DNA of 61,590 nucleotides from a virus (IMGVR_UViG_3300032053_000072:1-61590), one strand, 5' to 3'; shown: positions 48,427 through 58,398, counted from the stretch's first letter. The notes: generated from the sequence alone by a model not told the origin. Made by a program: numbers and translations.

Positions 48427-49012
48427 AGCGTCTGCCGTGTACCGCGTAGTGATGCCTGGCACAGAGCGTTTGCCCATTCGACAAATCCCAGAGCGCCTGG
48501 CAGTCGCGGGCTTGGTCGCGGCTCACTATCTCGTACTCTTCCATCAGGACCGCCAGCGGGATCAGATGATGCGCCTCCACGTTTTCCTGGCTACCGCAAA
48601 CAAGGCACTTCCCATCACGCGCCTTTACGGCGTCCATCCATTTGCGGTTTTCGTTGAGAGTGCGGACGGAGGCATTGAGCCTGGAACTACCACCATGCCA
48701 GCGATAGTGATTGGCGCCGCGAGTCTTCTCAGCCCTAGCCCTCACCTTTTCCGGGTTCGTCGCGCACCATGCCTTGTGCGATTCCGATGTTTTGCGCTTC
48801 GAGTCGTCGCGGTGATGGTAGCCCGTCCGGTGATTCGTACCTGCAACTCGCCCCAGCAAAAGGCCAGCCATCTGCGCTTCAGTAATGCCTGCAAGCCTCT
48901 GCGCCTCGGCTCGGTGTTCCATGCAGGCAACATGACGCACCGTCGTTAGTTCGCCAGGGCGCCGGTAGAGCGCCTTATGGCAGATGACGCATTCGCTGTT
49001 AGGCGTTCGCAT
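48416..49012 (-). CDS. HNH endonuclease inserted in the methyltransferase gene
   Basis: RD..CLVC...AHH...N..TLC..HH...H; G.NHYRWHGG DNA-binding motif. Confidence 0.9.
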   Translation of the reverse strand: MRTPNSECVICHKALYRRPGELTTVRHVACMEHRAEAQRLAGITEAQMAGLLLGRVAGTNHRTGYHHRDDSKRKTSESHKAWCATNPEKVRARAEKTRGANHYRWHGGSSRLNASVRTLNENRKWMDAVKARDGKCLVCGSQENVEAHHLIPLAVLMEEYEIVSRDQARDCQALWDLSNGQTLCARHHYAVHGRRYED

Positions 49013-50102
49013 CCATCCACCCCGCTAGCTCCCGCAACTGGCCTGACGTCACGTCGTCACGTAACTGGTACTGGTCTTCGGGATATGAAAGGATCAGGTT
49101 GGCGGGCCAGCGGCCGGCGGCATTCTCAGGCTGCCGCCTATGTTCCTGTGCGGCAAAGGGCATCGAACCGCCCTCCGCTATCGAGCCATCCGAGCGGCGC
49201 CATGTTGACCAATTACCCTCTACTCGGCACGCATCCACATTGATTGCGCCTGTCCCCCAGCGCAGCACATTGGCCGCGACCGTGCCCTCCAGCGACTTGC
49301 GGGCGACGATGATGGGCTCCCAGGCGGGCTTCAGTGCAGTGCCCCAGCCCTGCCATTCGCGGGCGGCGTCGGTGGCGGGGGCGGTGATAAGTGCCGCACT
49401 TAGCCGTGTCTCCGGGGTGCTATTCCCGAAACCTGCACCAAAGTCGCTACCACCGACATGCCCATGTAGGTGATAACCTGGTCGGCTCAGCTTATCCCCC
49501 ACAACTTCCCGTTCCGCTCTCGCCGCCTTGTCTATGGCCTTGCTGACGTCTAGCGACTTCGGGAACCCGCTCCCGTAGACCCACATCACCGTGTCGCGGA
49601 TCTCCCAGCCTGCATCCTCGATAGCGCAGGCCAAACGGTGAAAGGTGCGCGTGCCTCCGAAGGCCAACAAATGCGCTCCCGGCTTGGCAACTCGTAGCAA
49701 CTCAGTTGCCCAAATTGTTGCCCAATCCTGGAATGCCCGCATGTTGGCCTGACGTAGATTCGGGAAGGCTGGGGTATCACATTTGCAGGGGTTCGATGAT
49801 ACCTTCCATTTGCCGCATGACCGGCATCGGACATTACTCCGCTTCTCAAAACTTGGTCTTGGTAAGCGCTTACTACCGTCACGCATTTCTACTGGCGCAA
49901 TGCCTTCATTCCAACGTTTCCCTACATGTGGGTCTTGTTCCCATGGCGCATCCCATTCTTTGCCCATGAACTCCAGGCCATAGGGGGGATCTGTAACAAT
50001 GCTATCCATCGAGTCAGCCGCCAGCGTGGGCAACACCTGGAGGCAGTCGCCCAGATAGAGCACGACTCTGCCGTCCGGACTGCGGTAGGTCGCCTCGATC
50101 AT
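48999..50102 (-). CDS. N6/N4 DNA methyltransferase, N-terminal fragment (catalytic)
   Basis: GDCL, TDPPY, WVYGSGFPKS, LKPAWEP and GRWPANL. Confidence 0.9.
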   Translation of the reverse strand: MIEATYRSPDGRVVLYLGDCLQVLPTLAADSMDSIVTDPPYGLEFMGKEWDAPWEQDPHVGKRWNEGIAPVEMRDGSKRLPRPSFEKRSNVRCRSCGKWKVSSNPCKCDTPAFPNLRQANMRAFQDWATIWATELLRVAKPGAHLLAFGGTRTFHRLACAIEDAGWEIRDTVMWVYGSGFPKSLDVSKAIDKAARAEREVVGDKLSRPGYHLHGHVGGSDFGAGFGNSTPETRLSAALITAPATDAAREWQGWGTALKPAWEPIIVARKSLEGTVAANVLRWGTGAINVDACRVEGNWSTWRRSDGSIAEGGSMPFAAQEHRRQPENAAGRWPANLILSYPEDQYQLRDDVTSGQLRELAGWMDANA

Positions 50103-50591
50103 CGAGACTCCATCGGCAGACGCGGTTGGTGCGTCCGCTCCTCCTGCTCTACCCTGTCCAAGACGGCACTCATGGCTGCCAGTGGCGGTACATGATTGGG
50201 CTCTTGTGCCGTCCGTACAGCACCGCATAGATGTGGCTGCGGGAGTTGTGGTCCCGTTGGCCAGGGTTGTTCCGGTAGTGGCGGCGGCAAGATACTCGGA
50301 ACTCCTCGAGCAGTTTCACTCTGGCACCCACATGGGCGGCAGGCCATGGAGCGCTCGCTCGCGGTTCTCGAGGGCATCCAAGATTGGCTTGATCTGGGTC
50401 ACATGCCGCACCACTCGCTCGTTCCCATGCCGTCTGCCGAGCGCGTAGTACAGTTTCTCTCTTGCATTGACGGCGTTACGGTCAGTCCGTCGGCCATAAT
50501 GACGCCGGCAATCATGACGGAACTCGTCGAGCGGTTTGATTGTGCCCTCCCTGGGGCGCCCACGTTGGCAGGCGCCCCTCCCTCGCGGCGA

Positions 50592-51467
50592 CTAGAATGG
50601 TCGCGGCTCCGGCCCAGGCAATGGAGCCTGTTGTGCCGGCTGCTCCGCCTCCGACTGGCGCTCAATGGCCGCATCAATGACCGCGACCACCTCGTCTACA
50701 CTGCCCAATTCCCAAAGATCGGCCTTGAGGGCTACTTTTGGCAGACCAAGCAGATCGGCGGCTTGCCGCTGGCCGAGGGTGCGCTTCCGCAATTCTGCCG
50801 CGTACCGGTTCTGCTCGCTGGGCGGCCAATGGTGCTTTTCCTTCTCGGCGGGCGGCTCGGTGGTCGGTGGTGCGGCTTGTGGCACAATCTCACCAGCCTC
50901 CGTCACTCTTACCTGTTGGGCCCCGGGCACCGTGCCGACCTCACTTTCGTCGAGCCAACCCAGGCCGACGATGCTGAGCGTCACGCGCCGTTTTGCCTTG
51001 GTCTCGGCTTTCATGATGGCATTGGCACGATCCTCGCCGCGTAGCGGCGTGTAAGTACCATTGCGAGCAAAGTACCGTTTGCCACTTTCCGCTGTCTTCC
51101 ACTCGCCGTTCTCGCGCTCCAATGCAACAGCGCCAACGCTTTCGTCCGTCCTCCCATCCGGCATCGTGGCCCGTGCGGTCACGATGTAGACGCCCTCGAC
51201 AAGTTCTCGCGCCGGCATCGTGATATTCACGTGGTGGTTGTCGCGCAGTTGGTCAGTGCATCCTCGCAGAGCGTAGAGCACCAACTTGCCGTTGAGCTCG
51301 ATGTACTCGAATGGTTTGGTAAGGGGATTCAATGCTAGGCTTTCGCATACAGCCCGGTAATACTGGACACGCTCTTTGGGCGTCAGTTGGGAGAGATCCC
51401 CCTTCACGATCACCGCCTCAATCACGGCGGCATCATCCTGTTTCGTTAGCGCTCGTTCCTCACTCAT
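50592..51467 (-). CDS. ssDNA annealing recombinase (RecT/Red-beta-like)
   Basis: LNPL..PF...LYA and MKAETKAKRR..L...GL. Confidence 0.75.
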   Translation of the reverse strand: MSEERALTKQDDAAVIEAVIVKGDLSQLTPKERVQYYRAVCESLALNPLTKPFEYIELNGKLVLYALRGCTDQLRDNHHVNITMPARELVEGVYIVTARATMPDGRTDESVGAVALERENGEWKTAESGKRYFARNGTYTPLRGEDRANAIMKAETKAKRRVTLSIVGLGWLDESEVGTVPGAQQVRVTEAGEIVPQAAPPTTEPPAEKEKHHWPPSEQNRYAAELRKRTLGQRQAADLLGLPKVALKADLWELGSVDEVVAVIDAAIERQSEAEQPAQQAPLPGPEPRPF

Positions 51468-51468
51468 C

Positions 51469-53549
51469 TCAGTCCTCCAACTGATAGTGCCGTACTCGGA
51501 AATGCGTCGCTTTGCGTTCCAACAGCCGCCCGGTCAACCGGTCGTAGGTGCCGCCCGGTAGTGAGCGATGCAGGGCCTCCTCGATCTGCCGCGCTTGGTC
51601 GTCGAAGAACACCCCGGCGGCGTTCAAGTCTTTGTGCTGGGGCTGGGTTTCAGTGATAGCGATGATCATGTCATCCACTGGCCAATGCTCGATCCCCCAC
51701 GCTTTGCAGACGCGAATCTCGCTCACCGTCCTACCTCCTCACCATGATGCTAGGGTGGCTCATCTCCTCGGGCTCGTCCGGCCTTACATATTCCGGGAAG
51801 AAGTGCTCCACGCATGTTTCGCAGATACCGTCACTCGTGCCGGTTATGCCGTAGCCGGGTTTGGTGCCGAGGTCGGCATTGCACCAGGCGCACCTAACCC
51901 GGATGATGCTCACTCTGCCTCACAACTCGTGATGAGTTGCTCTGCCGGCTTTGATGCTAACTGTTCCTCATCCGCAATCCATCGCTCCGCCGCAGCCCGA
52001 AAGTCCGCCTCGCGTTCGGCCTGCCAACGTGCGGCGATCTCCGCTACTGCCTGGTTGAGGTCGCGGGCGATGGTCACGGTGGGGATCTTGGAGATCGTCA
52101 CGAACGGCAGTCGGAGTCCCTCGGCCACTTTCTCGAAGGCAGCTCGCTTCAGCGACAACAGGTTGCCGTGCTGGTTGGTGATCGCCCATTCGAGCGCCTT
52201 GATCTCGGGATAGGCGAGCGTCGTCAACTCCTTGACGCTCAGGCCGGGTGCCGGATGGCGATTATCGGCACTGTAGTCGGCAGCGCGAATCTCGGCCTCG
52301 ACCTTGGTGACAAAGTCTCTATTCAGGCGGATAAGATCAATCGTGAACTTGTGGGCTGCATCGAACACTGCTTGATCTTGGGCCAACTTAGCTTGCAGCC
52401 TGGCCAATTCCGCGCGATGTTCGGCCAAGTCATAGACTGCCGCGTCCAGCTCCAGTGTCTCCATCTCTCCCTCCCTATGCCGCGCGCTGCGGATAGAATG
52501 CGCCGGCGCGGTCAATCTCTTCGGGCGTGGCACCGAGACTCTGCGCGGCACGGATGCTGCGTCTCGTCTCGTCCTCCCATGACGCCCACATTCCCGGATC
52601 GCACTCGTACCGCGATGTAGCCAGCCACTTCGCCTCATTCGACCGACGGCGCACCTGGCCTAGCGCGCGTGCAAGCGCTTTGTCCATCGTCATTGCCTCC
52701 CTCACCAGGCGCGCCAGCAAATCCGAACGAGTGTGTCAGTCTCTTGTTCGAATTCTAGTCCCCGCATAGCAGCTCGGTCAGCAACCAGGGCAGCTTCCTC
52801 GCTGCTCGCGCAGCGGACACTGAGGCTGCTATCACTGACCGTGACCATGCGAGAGTCCGGTACGTCCTCTAGGGCTGCCAGCAATTGGTATAGGTGGCGA
52901 ATCGTCATCACACTACCTCCCCTACCTCCCCGTCTTGTAGTTGTGTCATGACCATTTCATCCAGGGTGTCCTTGATGGCATCGATGTAGTCGCTATGAAC
53001 GTTGTAATAGAACGTCGTGTCATCCACATTCCTTACCGCCATGCTCCAGACCGGCTCTACCTTTCGGCGAGACGGACGATCTATGAGAATCCGATTCGCT
53101 CCAGCGACGTTCACGTCCTGGTATTCACCATCCGCGAGTTTGACCCACATCGTCACACCTCCCCTACTTCAGTCGTCGCCGCTCTTGCCGGCGTATCTCA
53201 TCGCGCGCATAGGCAACCATCAGGGTGCCAGCGCTACCCAGCACCGCTAGTAGGCCGTAGAAGACGAGCCAGACGCCGAGGTCGGTCATAGCGCCGCCAG
53301 CTTTGCCCGCGCCTTGGCGAGAGCATCAGAGTCGCTCTCTGCGCAGAATGTCTTCGTCCAGTCGGCCTTGTCGCGCATGTCGCGCACGAGCCAGTAGCGG
53401 CGGGGGCGACCCGTTCGCCCGCGGCCATCGCTGCGCAGCAGGTAGTAGGCATCGTCCGGCGTGGCGGCAATGCGACGCCAGATGAGCATGGCGAATCGGC
53501 GGTCAAGGTCCTCAATTTCCCACGATGCCTGCAATGTGCCAATGGTCAT
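51469..53549 (-). other. Run of small early hypothetical genes (e.g. 51469-51726, 51731-51913, 51910-52464, 52702-52911, 52908-53156, 53286-53549)
   Basis: Coupled ORFs with GGAGG-type RBSs. Confidence 0.6.
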
Positions 53550-54247
53550 CGTCCGCCTCCCCGCATCTGCCACAGGCGCAATCCGGCCCGGATGATCACC
53601 CAGAGTGAGTAGACCGCCAGGAGCGCGATGAGTCCCATGGTCAGCATCGGCGTGACTCCGCCCGCAGCCGTGACTCTTCGTACATGGCGTGTGTGGCAAT
53701 GTGCCGGGTGGGGTAGTCACCCATCGCGTCGAGGGCATTGAGCAGGCGGCACAATTCGGTGAGCCATGCCTGTGGCTCGGTAGCGATGGGATTCAGCGGC
53801 CGCTTCGTGGGATTCGTCATCGCCGCCTCGTCTTTCCCGTGTGCAGGTAGGAGTAAGCCACCAGGAGCGCCGCCATTGCCGTGTAGGCGATGGCTATTGG
53901 GAGTGCTACCGTGACCGAGGCGAGACCGACAAGGTAGACAGCCAAATTGCCAAACATTAGGCCGGCCCAGATCAGGATGATGTCGTGTATGCGTATCGTC
54001 TGGCTCATCGCCCATCCCTACGTTGCCGACCGCGCTGGATCTGCCACCAACTCCCGCCGACGCCCACGATTGCCACCGCTAGCCATAGGATCACCAACAA
54101 CACCACATCCATGCGCCACCTCCTGCATAGACTCTCGCACCCGCCGCAGCAGTTCGTGCAGCGGCGCACATTGCAGCGCCCACTCACGCCATTCGTCGGG
54201 CGTGGGAATGTTCTCCTCGAGGAGCACATAGGGGCGGGGACAGCGCC

Positions 54248-54667
54248 TCATGCTGGTGCCTCTGCTGTCGCAAACAGGCCAACTGGTAAGGTGCGGCCAC
54301 GAATCCGGTAGAGTAGCCTTACCCATTCCCGTTCATTGAGTCTTGTCGGCTCTTTTACGTAGAGGTGTGCAGCCAAATTCAGGGGCGTCACCCGCCACCA
54401 ACTGAAGTCGCCGGCATAACGGACGGCGAAGACAGGGATGGTTGCGCGGCTACCTAGATCGGCCAATGCTCGGTAGGAAGGATGGGATGGTCTTTGCGGC
54501 GCGGCACTCTCGTGTTTGTACTCTACGAGCGCCATGACTTGGGCATGGTCATACTCGACCAGCACGAAATCCAGATCCACAGCCGGACAGTCCAGGCCCC
54601 AGTAACCATGCCAGTCACTCAGCGCAGCGTCACGCCAACCCGTTCGTTCCGTTCTCGCGTTCCGCAT
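54248..54667 (-). CDS. PD-(D/E)XK nuclease-like protein
   Basis: DLDF...VEYKH pattern; TGATG-coupled to the MTase. Confidence 0.55.
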   Translation of the reverse strand: MRNARTERTGWRDAALSDWHGYWGLDCPAVDLDFVLVEYDHAQVMALVEYKHESAAPQRPSHPSYRALADLGSRATIPVFAVRYAGDFSWWRVTPLNLAAHLYVKEPTRLNEREWVRLLYRIRGRTLPVGLFATAEAPA

Positions 54668-55875
54668 CAAGCCATCTCCGCCAACCGTGCGCGCGTGGTT
54701 GCTATCGCTTGCGGGTCTAGGTCTATTCCTAGGAACCGCCTGCCGAGCGCGGATGCCACAACGGCAGTCGTACCACCACCCAGGAATGGATCGCAGATGA
54801 GTTCGCCTGGCTGGCTGAATCGCTCCATCAGGTCGGCAATGCCGCTCTCGCTCTGGCCCCAATCGTGGTGTTCTTTGTCGGGCCGTTGCGACTTCGTCAC
54901 GTCCCACATCCATTCGCCAGCATATTCACCATTCGTGAACCAGAGTACCGGCTTCCACCCTGTCATTACGTGCCGTTGCCATAGTTGGAGCGTCGCGCCC
55001 GGCGTCAGATAGGCGAGCGTCCAATGATAACGAAGGTGCGGCACCATCAGCGCTAAGACTTCCGGCAGGTAGGACTGGCCCACCATGACCAACGCTGAGC
55101 CACCGGGCTTGAGCCATTCGGCGGCGCGGCGCGCTAGGGTCTTGTAAAGTGGCAGGTACTCGCGGGGGTATGGTGGGTCGGTGAGAATGAGGTCTATGGT
55201 AGCCGGGTCGATTGTCACGTCGGCTATGTCCGCTGTCAGGAGCCGGTAGGAATTGGCCTCTGCGGGCGCCGGCATCCTAGCAGCGCGTTCCAGCTCTCGT
55301 CCCCGGCGTTTCATTGCCTTATAGGCGTCATGGACATTGTCGGTGGCGTCCATTTGCTCAGCGATGGCGGCATAGGCATCGGGCTCGCGCTCAGCCGCCT
55401 CTACCACGGCGCGCGCCTTGGTGTAGGTAGGCCGCGACATGCCGACGGCGGCGGCGACTTTCGCTAACGTTTCGCCTTTCTCTGGCTCCGAAAATTTTTC
55501 GGAGCCAGTCTGACGGTTGCCTTGCGTAGCAGCCATGCGACTAGCCGCCGCCTTTTCCTCCATCGGCTCCAGCGTCCGGCCGATGGCGACCGCCTCGGTC
55601 GGTGTGAAGTCCTTGCGGCACACGTTCTCCGCTCGCTCGCCACGGGCGATAGATGTCAAATCTATGATTGTGGCTGCTATCTCACTCCAACCTAGGAGGC
55701 TGCAAGCGGCCAGACGGCGCTCTCCGGCGATGAGCGTGCCATCTGGCCGCACGACGATAGGATGCAGCAACCCCACCTCAGTGATGCTTTTCGCAAGGCC
55801 GGCCACATCGCCGAGGTCTGTACGGTGCCGATCACTGATGCGAACGTCAGCCAGTCTGAGTATTGTGGCCGTCAC
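54667..55875 (-). CDS. ParB-like domain fused to an N6/N4 DNA methyltransferase
   Basis: LIAGERRL..C; TDPPY; DPFLGGGTT. Confidence 0.9.
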   Translation of the reverse strand: MTATILRLADVRISDRHRTDLGDVAGLAKSITEVGLLHPIVVRPDGTLIAGERRLAACSLLGWSEIAATIIDLTSIARGERAENVCRKDFTPTEAVAIGRTLEPMEEKAAASRMAATQGNRQTGSEKFSEPEKGETLAKVAAAVGMSRPTYTKARAVVEAAEREPDAYAAIAEQMDATDNVHDAYKAMKRRGRELERAARMPAPAEANSYRLLTADIADVTIDPATIDLILTDPPYPREYLPLYKTLARRAAEWLKPGGSALVMVGQSYLPEVLALMVPHLRYHWTLAYLTPGATLQLWQRHVMTGWKPVLWFTNGEYAGEWMWDVTKSQRPDKEHHDWGQSESGIADLMERFSQPGELICDPFLGGGTTAVVASALGRRFLGIDLDPQAIATTRARLAEMA

Positions 55876-56219
55876 GCCAGCGCCTCCTTTATGGGCACGC
55901 AAGGCATACATGCCTTTGCGCCGGCGTCGCGTGCGTCTGGTGGCTCGCCAGGGGCATTAGGGAGCATGGCGGCGTCACGCGCCTGGGACGTTCTGGCCTT
56001 CTTCTGGGACACGCAAGGCACAAACATGCCATTGAGCTCGTCACCCAACATGTCGGCCAGCCGGAAGGTAAGCAGTGCGACAGCCGCCTCGGTCACTGGG
56101 TAGTCGCCATCGCGCAGGCGCCGCAAGTGACGGACGGAGTAGCCCGTAAGCATGGCAAGATTGTCGAGGCCGAGTTGCCTTTTCTTGGCCCACTCAAACA
56201 ACTGGGTTTGGTATCTCAT
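55872..56219 (-). CDS. Cro-like HTH regulator
   Basis: LAMLTGYSVRHLRRLR HTH; first gene of the early operon, divergent from the repressor. Confidence 0.75.
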   Translation of the reverse strand: MRYQTQLFEWAKKRQLGLDNLAMLTGYSVRHLRRLRDGDYPVTEAAVALLTFRLADMLGDELNGMFVPCVSQKKARTSQARDAAMLPNAPGEPPDARDAGAKACMPCVPIKEALA

Positions 56220-56251
56220 CGCTCCCTTTCTGGCTCACATCTGGGTGAGTG

Positions 56252-56314
56252 TGTCTCAAGTCTGGGACAAGTATAGCCGAGGTGGGACACAATGTCAATA
56301 GGTTGTGATAAGAT
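56252..56314. promoter_or_regulatory. Lysis/lysogeny switch: leftward TTGACA-17-TATACT, rightward extended -10 TGnTAAGAT, and TGGGACA operator half-sites
   Basis: tgtcaa 56293-56298; agtata 56270-56275; TGTCTCA-N4-TGGGACA 56252-56269; second TGGGACA 56283-56289. Confidence 0.8.
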
Positions 56315-56341
56315 GTCCGCAGATGAGTTTTGGAGTTGACT

Positions 56342-56683
56342 ATGGCAAAAGCGCAAGAGGAATACGCAGGCACGCCGCTGGCGCAATGGCTCGTCGGCCA
56401 ACTAGCGAAGCGGCACATGACAGCACGCGAGGTAGCATTGAAGGCGGGGCTTGGCCATGGGACGATCTACCGTTATCTCGCAGGTGGTCAGGCTGCGCCG
56501 CCGAAATGTAAACAATTGGCGGCATTCTTCGGCGTACCGGATGAGCAGGTCCTATACCTGGCGGGGCATATTGACCCGCCCCCCGATCACGACCTCTTTA
56601 CGAGGCAGGTGGGGACCCTGGCAAGAGATTGGCCACCAGATCGGAAACGTCGCTTTCTGAAGCTGGCGGAGAGCTTTGAATGA
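56342..56683 (+). CDS. CI-like XRE repressor without a peptidase domain
   Basis: REVALKAGLGHGTIYRYL HTH; LAAFFGV...LYLAG; only ~113 aa. Confidence 0.88.
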   Translation: MAKAQEEYAGTPLAQWLVGQLAKRHMTAREVALKAGLGHGTIYRYLAGGQAAPPKCKQLAAFFGVPDEQVLYLAGHIDPPPDHDLFTRQVGTLARDWPPDRKRRFLKLAESFE

Positions 56684-56786
56684 CCGAGCTCATGGCATCA
56701 AGCATCCGGGATGGCAGTGCCAGATTGCGGGCACGGAGTTGCCAGTAGAGAGTCTCAGCGAAGTCATCACCAAATGAGGGCAGCAT
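56598..56786 (-). CDS. Candidate SOS-inducible antirepressor
   Basis: GGAGG RBS; upstream TAGCAA-17-TATACT promoter with a LexA-like box. Confidence 0.45.
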   Translation of the reverse strand: MLPSFGDDFAETLYWQLRARNLALPSRMLDAMSSVIQSSPPASESDVSDLVANLLPGSPPAS

Positions 56787-56810
56787 GACTCATTCCCCTC
56801 CCGGAGGGAT

Positions 56811-56856
56811 CGAACGTTTGTGCTAGTAGTATACACCCATTCTGGCCGCATTGCTA
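56811..56856 (-). promoter_or_regulatory. Promoter with a LexA-like box GAAC-N4-GTGC over the start site
   Basis: cGAACgtttGTGCt 56811-56824; -10 at 56828-56833; -35 at 56851-56856. Confidence 0.65.
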
Positions 56857-56960
56857 CGGTTTCGCGCATTTGGTTGGCCTACGAGATGCAGTTGACATAG
56901 CAACCGTGACGCTCTCATGAGGCGCCGTCAATGGCGCGTTGGTACTGGGGAGGTGGAGGA

Positions 56961-57680
56961 ATGACTGAGCCCGACGCAACCAAGATATGTGTATTCTGTG
57001 CCGAGGCGATCAAAGCCGCAGCAGTCGTTTGCCCTCACTGCGGCCGTTGGGTTGGGCTGCCGATGCACTCACGCGAGTCTCTCTTCCGCAAATTGATCAT
57101 TCCAGGCATTGCCCTGCTGATTGTCGTCACGGTGGGTGGTGGGCTCGGCTTCACAGTATTGCATGCCAGACAGCAACGCGATCTTCAGCCCCTACAGAGT
57201 AGAGAGACAACCGTCTCGCCTGATGCCGCAGTCCTAGCAGACAGACCGCTGCCGCCAACGGCCACCATGACATCAAAGACCATGGACTTCGCGGACCCGT
57301 CAGACGCGGCTCTCGCTTACTTTAGGCGTCTACAGCCCTACCTGGATAACTTCAGAAAAGCTTTCGTGCAGTTATCGGCTCTATCTGAGCGCCCACAGCC
57401 TGCCTCAAGCGAGTGGAAGGCTGACCTTATGACTGTGGTGCTCACAATACGTCGTAATCACGAAGCACTGCTGCAAATGCAGGATGTGCCACTGGAAGTG
57501 ATGTACATCCACGAGTTGCTGCTCGCCGCAACCGCTGACTACAACGAAGCAGCCTATTACATTGAAAGCGGAGTGGCAATGAACTCTGCACCGGATCTCG
57601 TGCGGGCAACTGAGTTGATAACAAGTGGCACAACAAAGATAACCCACATCACAGAATTGCTCCCTGCCTTAGAGCCCTGA
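56961..57680 (+). CDS. Zn-ribbon plus single-TM membrane protein
   Basis: CVFCAE.I...CPHCG, TM helix, helical C-domain. Confidence 0.8.
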   Translation: MTEPDATKICVFCAEAIKAAAVVCPHCGRWVGLPMHSRESLFRKLIIPGIALLIVVTVGGGLGFTVLHARQQRDLQPLQSRETTVSPDAAVLADRPLPPTATMTSKTMDFADPSDAALAYFRRLQPYLDNFRKAFVQLSALSERPQPASSEWKADLMTVVLTIRRNHEALLQMQDVPLEVMYIHELLLAATADYNEAAYYIESGVAMNSAPDLVRATELITSGTTKITHITELLPALEP

Positions 57681-57768
57681 TTGCCTACACTAAGGAAAGT
57701 GGCTTTAGGAAGCGTGAGAGGGCAGTGAGGTGCCCGCAATGGCGCGATCGTACTGGGGAGGTGGGGAA

Positions 57769-58398
57769 GTGGCGGAGTTGGAAGCGAAACCTCATTGCGA
57801 GCATTGCCATGCAGAGTTGCCCCCGGCAGGGCTTGTATGTCCTCAGTGCGGTCGTCCTCAGTATGCGCAGCCAACCAAGCGCGTAACCAAGTATCTCTCA
57901 GACCGCACGATCATATCGCTGCTCATACCCATCTCCATTGTCGGTTTCATCCTGGTGGCGCTACTGAGCAAGAGCAACCCGCCAGTCCAGTCCGCCTCGA
58001 GTGGCGGAAGCGGCAAAAGTTCCTATGCCCAAGAGATGCGGACGCCGATGGGTAACTTAGGATTGTGGATTCCACATTTGCGGTCTTTTCTGGAGGAGTC
58101 CGCTAAGGGCAACCCCATAGTCTACTGGTGCAATACGAAGGGGTATGCCCAGGTCTCTTCCGAGGGAAGCCAGATCGTCCGCCAATTGGGCCAGATTACC
58201 CCACCTTCAGACCTGGCTACTGCTCATGGCGGGCTTCAAGCGAGTATCCGCTCTGTTCTTGGCTCCATGGCCGCGGCTGAGGTGGACCTTTGCATCAATG
58301 GCGATATCCCCGCAGCGACAACCCGCATGGATGAAATCACCGTTGGTGTGCGCGGCATGACCAGTTGGCTGCAAGTCATGACCGAGAAGATGCAGTAG
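57769..58398 (+). CDS. Zn-ribbon plus single-TM membrane protein
   Basis: CEHC...CPQCG, TM helix, helical C-domain. Confidence 0.8.
   Translation: MAELEAKPHCEHCHAELPPAGLVCPQCGRPQYAQPTKRVTKYLSDRTIISLLIPISIVGFILVALLSKSNPPVQSASSGGSGKSSYAQEMRTPMGNLGLWIPHLRSFLEESAKGNPIVYWCNTKGYAQVSSEGSQIVRQLGQITPPSDLATAHGGLQASIRSVLGSMAAAEVDLCINGDIPAATTRMDEITVGVRGMTSWLQVMTEKMQ

Noticed and set aside
48416-49012. Group I intron or intein in the methyltransferase
   Set aside because: The ORFs overlap with no non-coding RNA core, the HNH is in a different frame, and there are no intein terminal residues
52745-52770. tRNA T-arm-like GTTCGAATT
   Set aside because: Lies inside a coding gene with no acceptor or anticodon stems; no tRNA genes were recognised in the window
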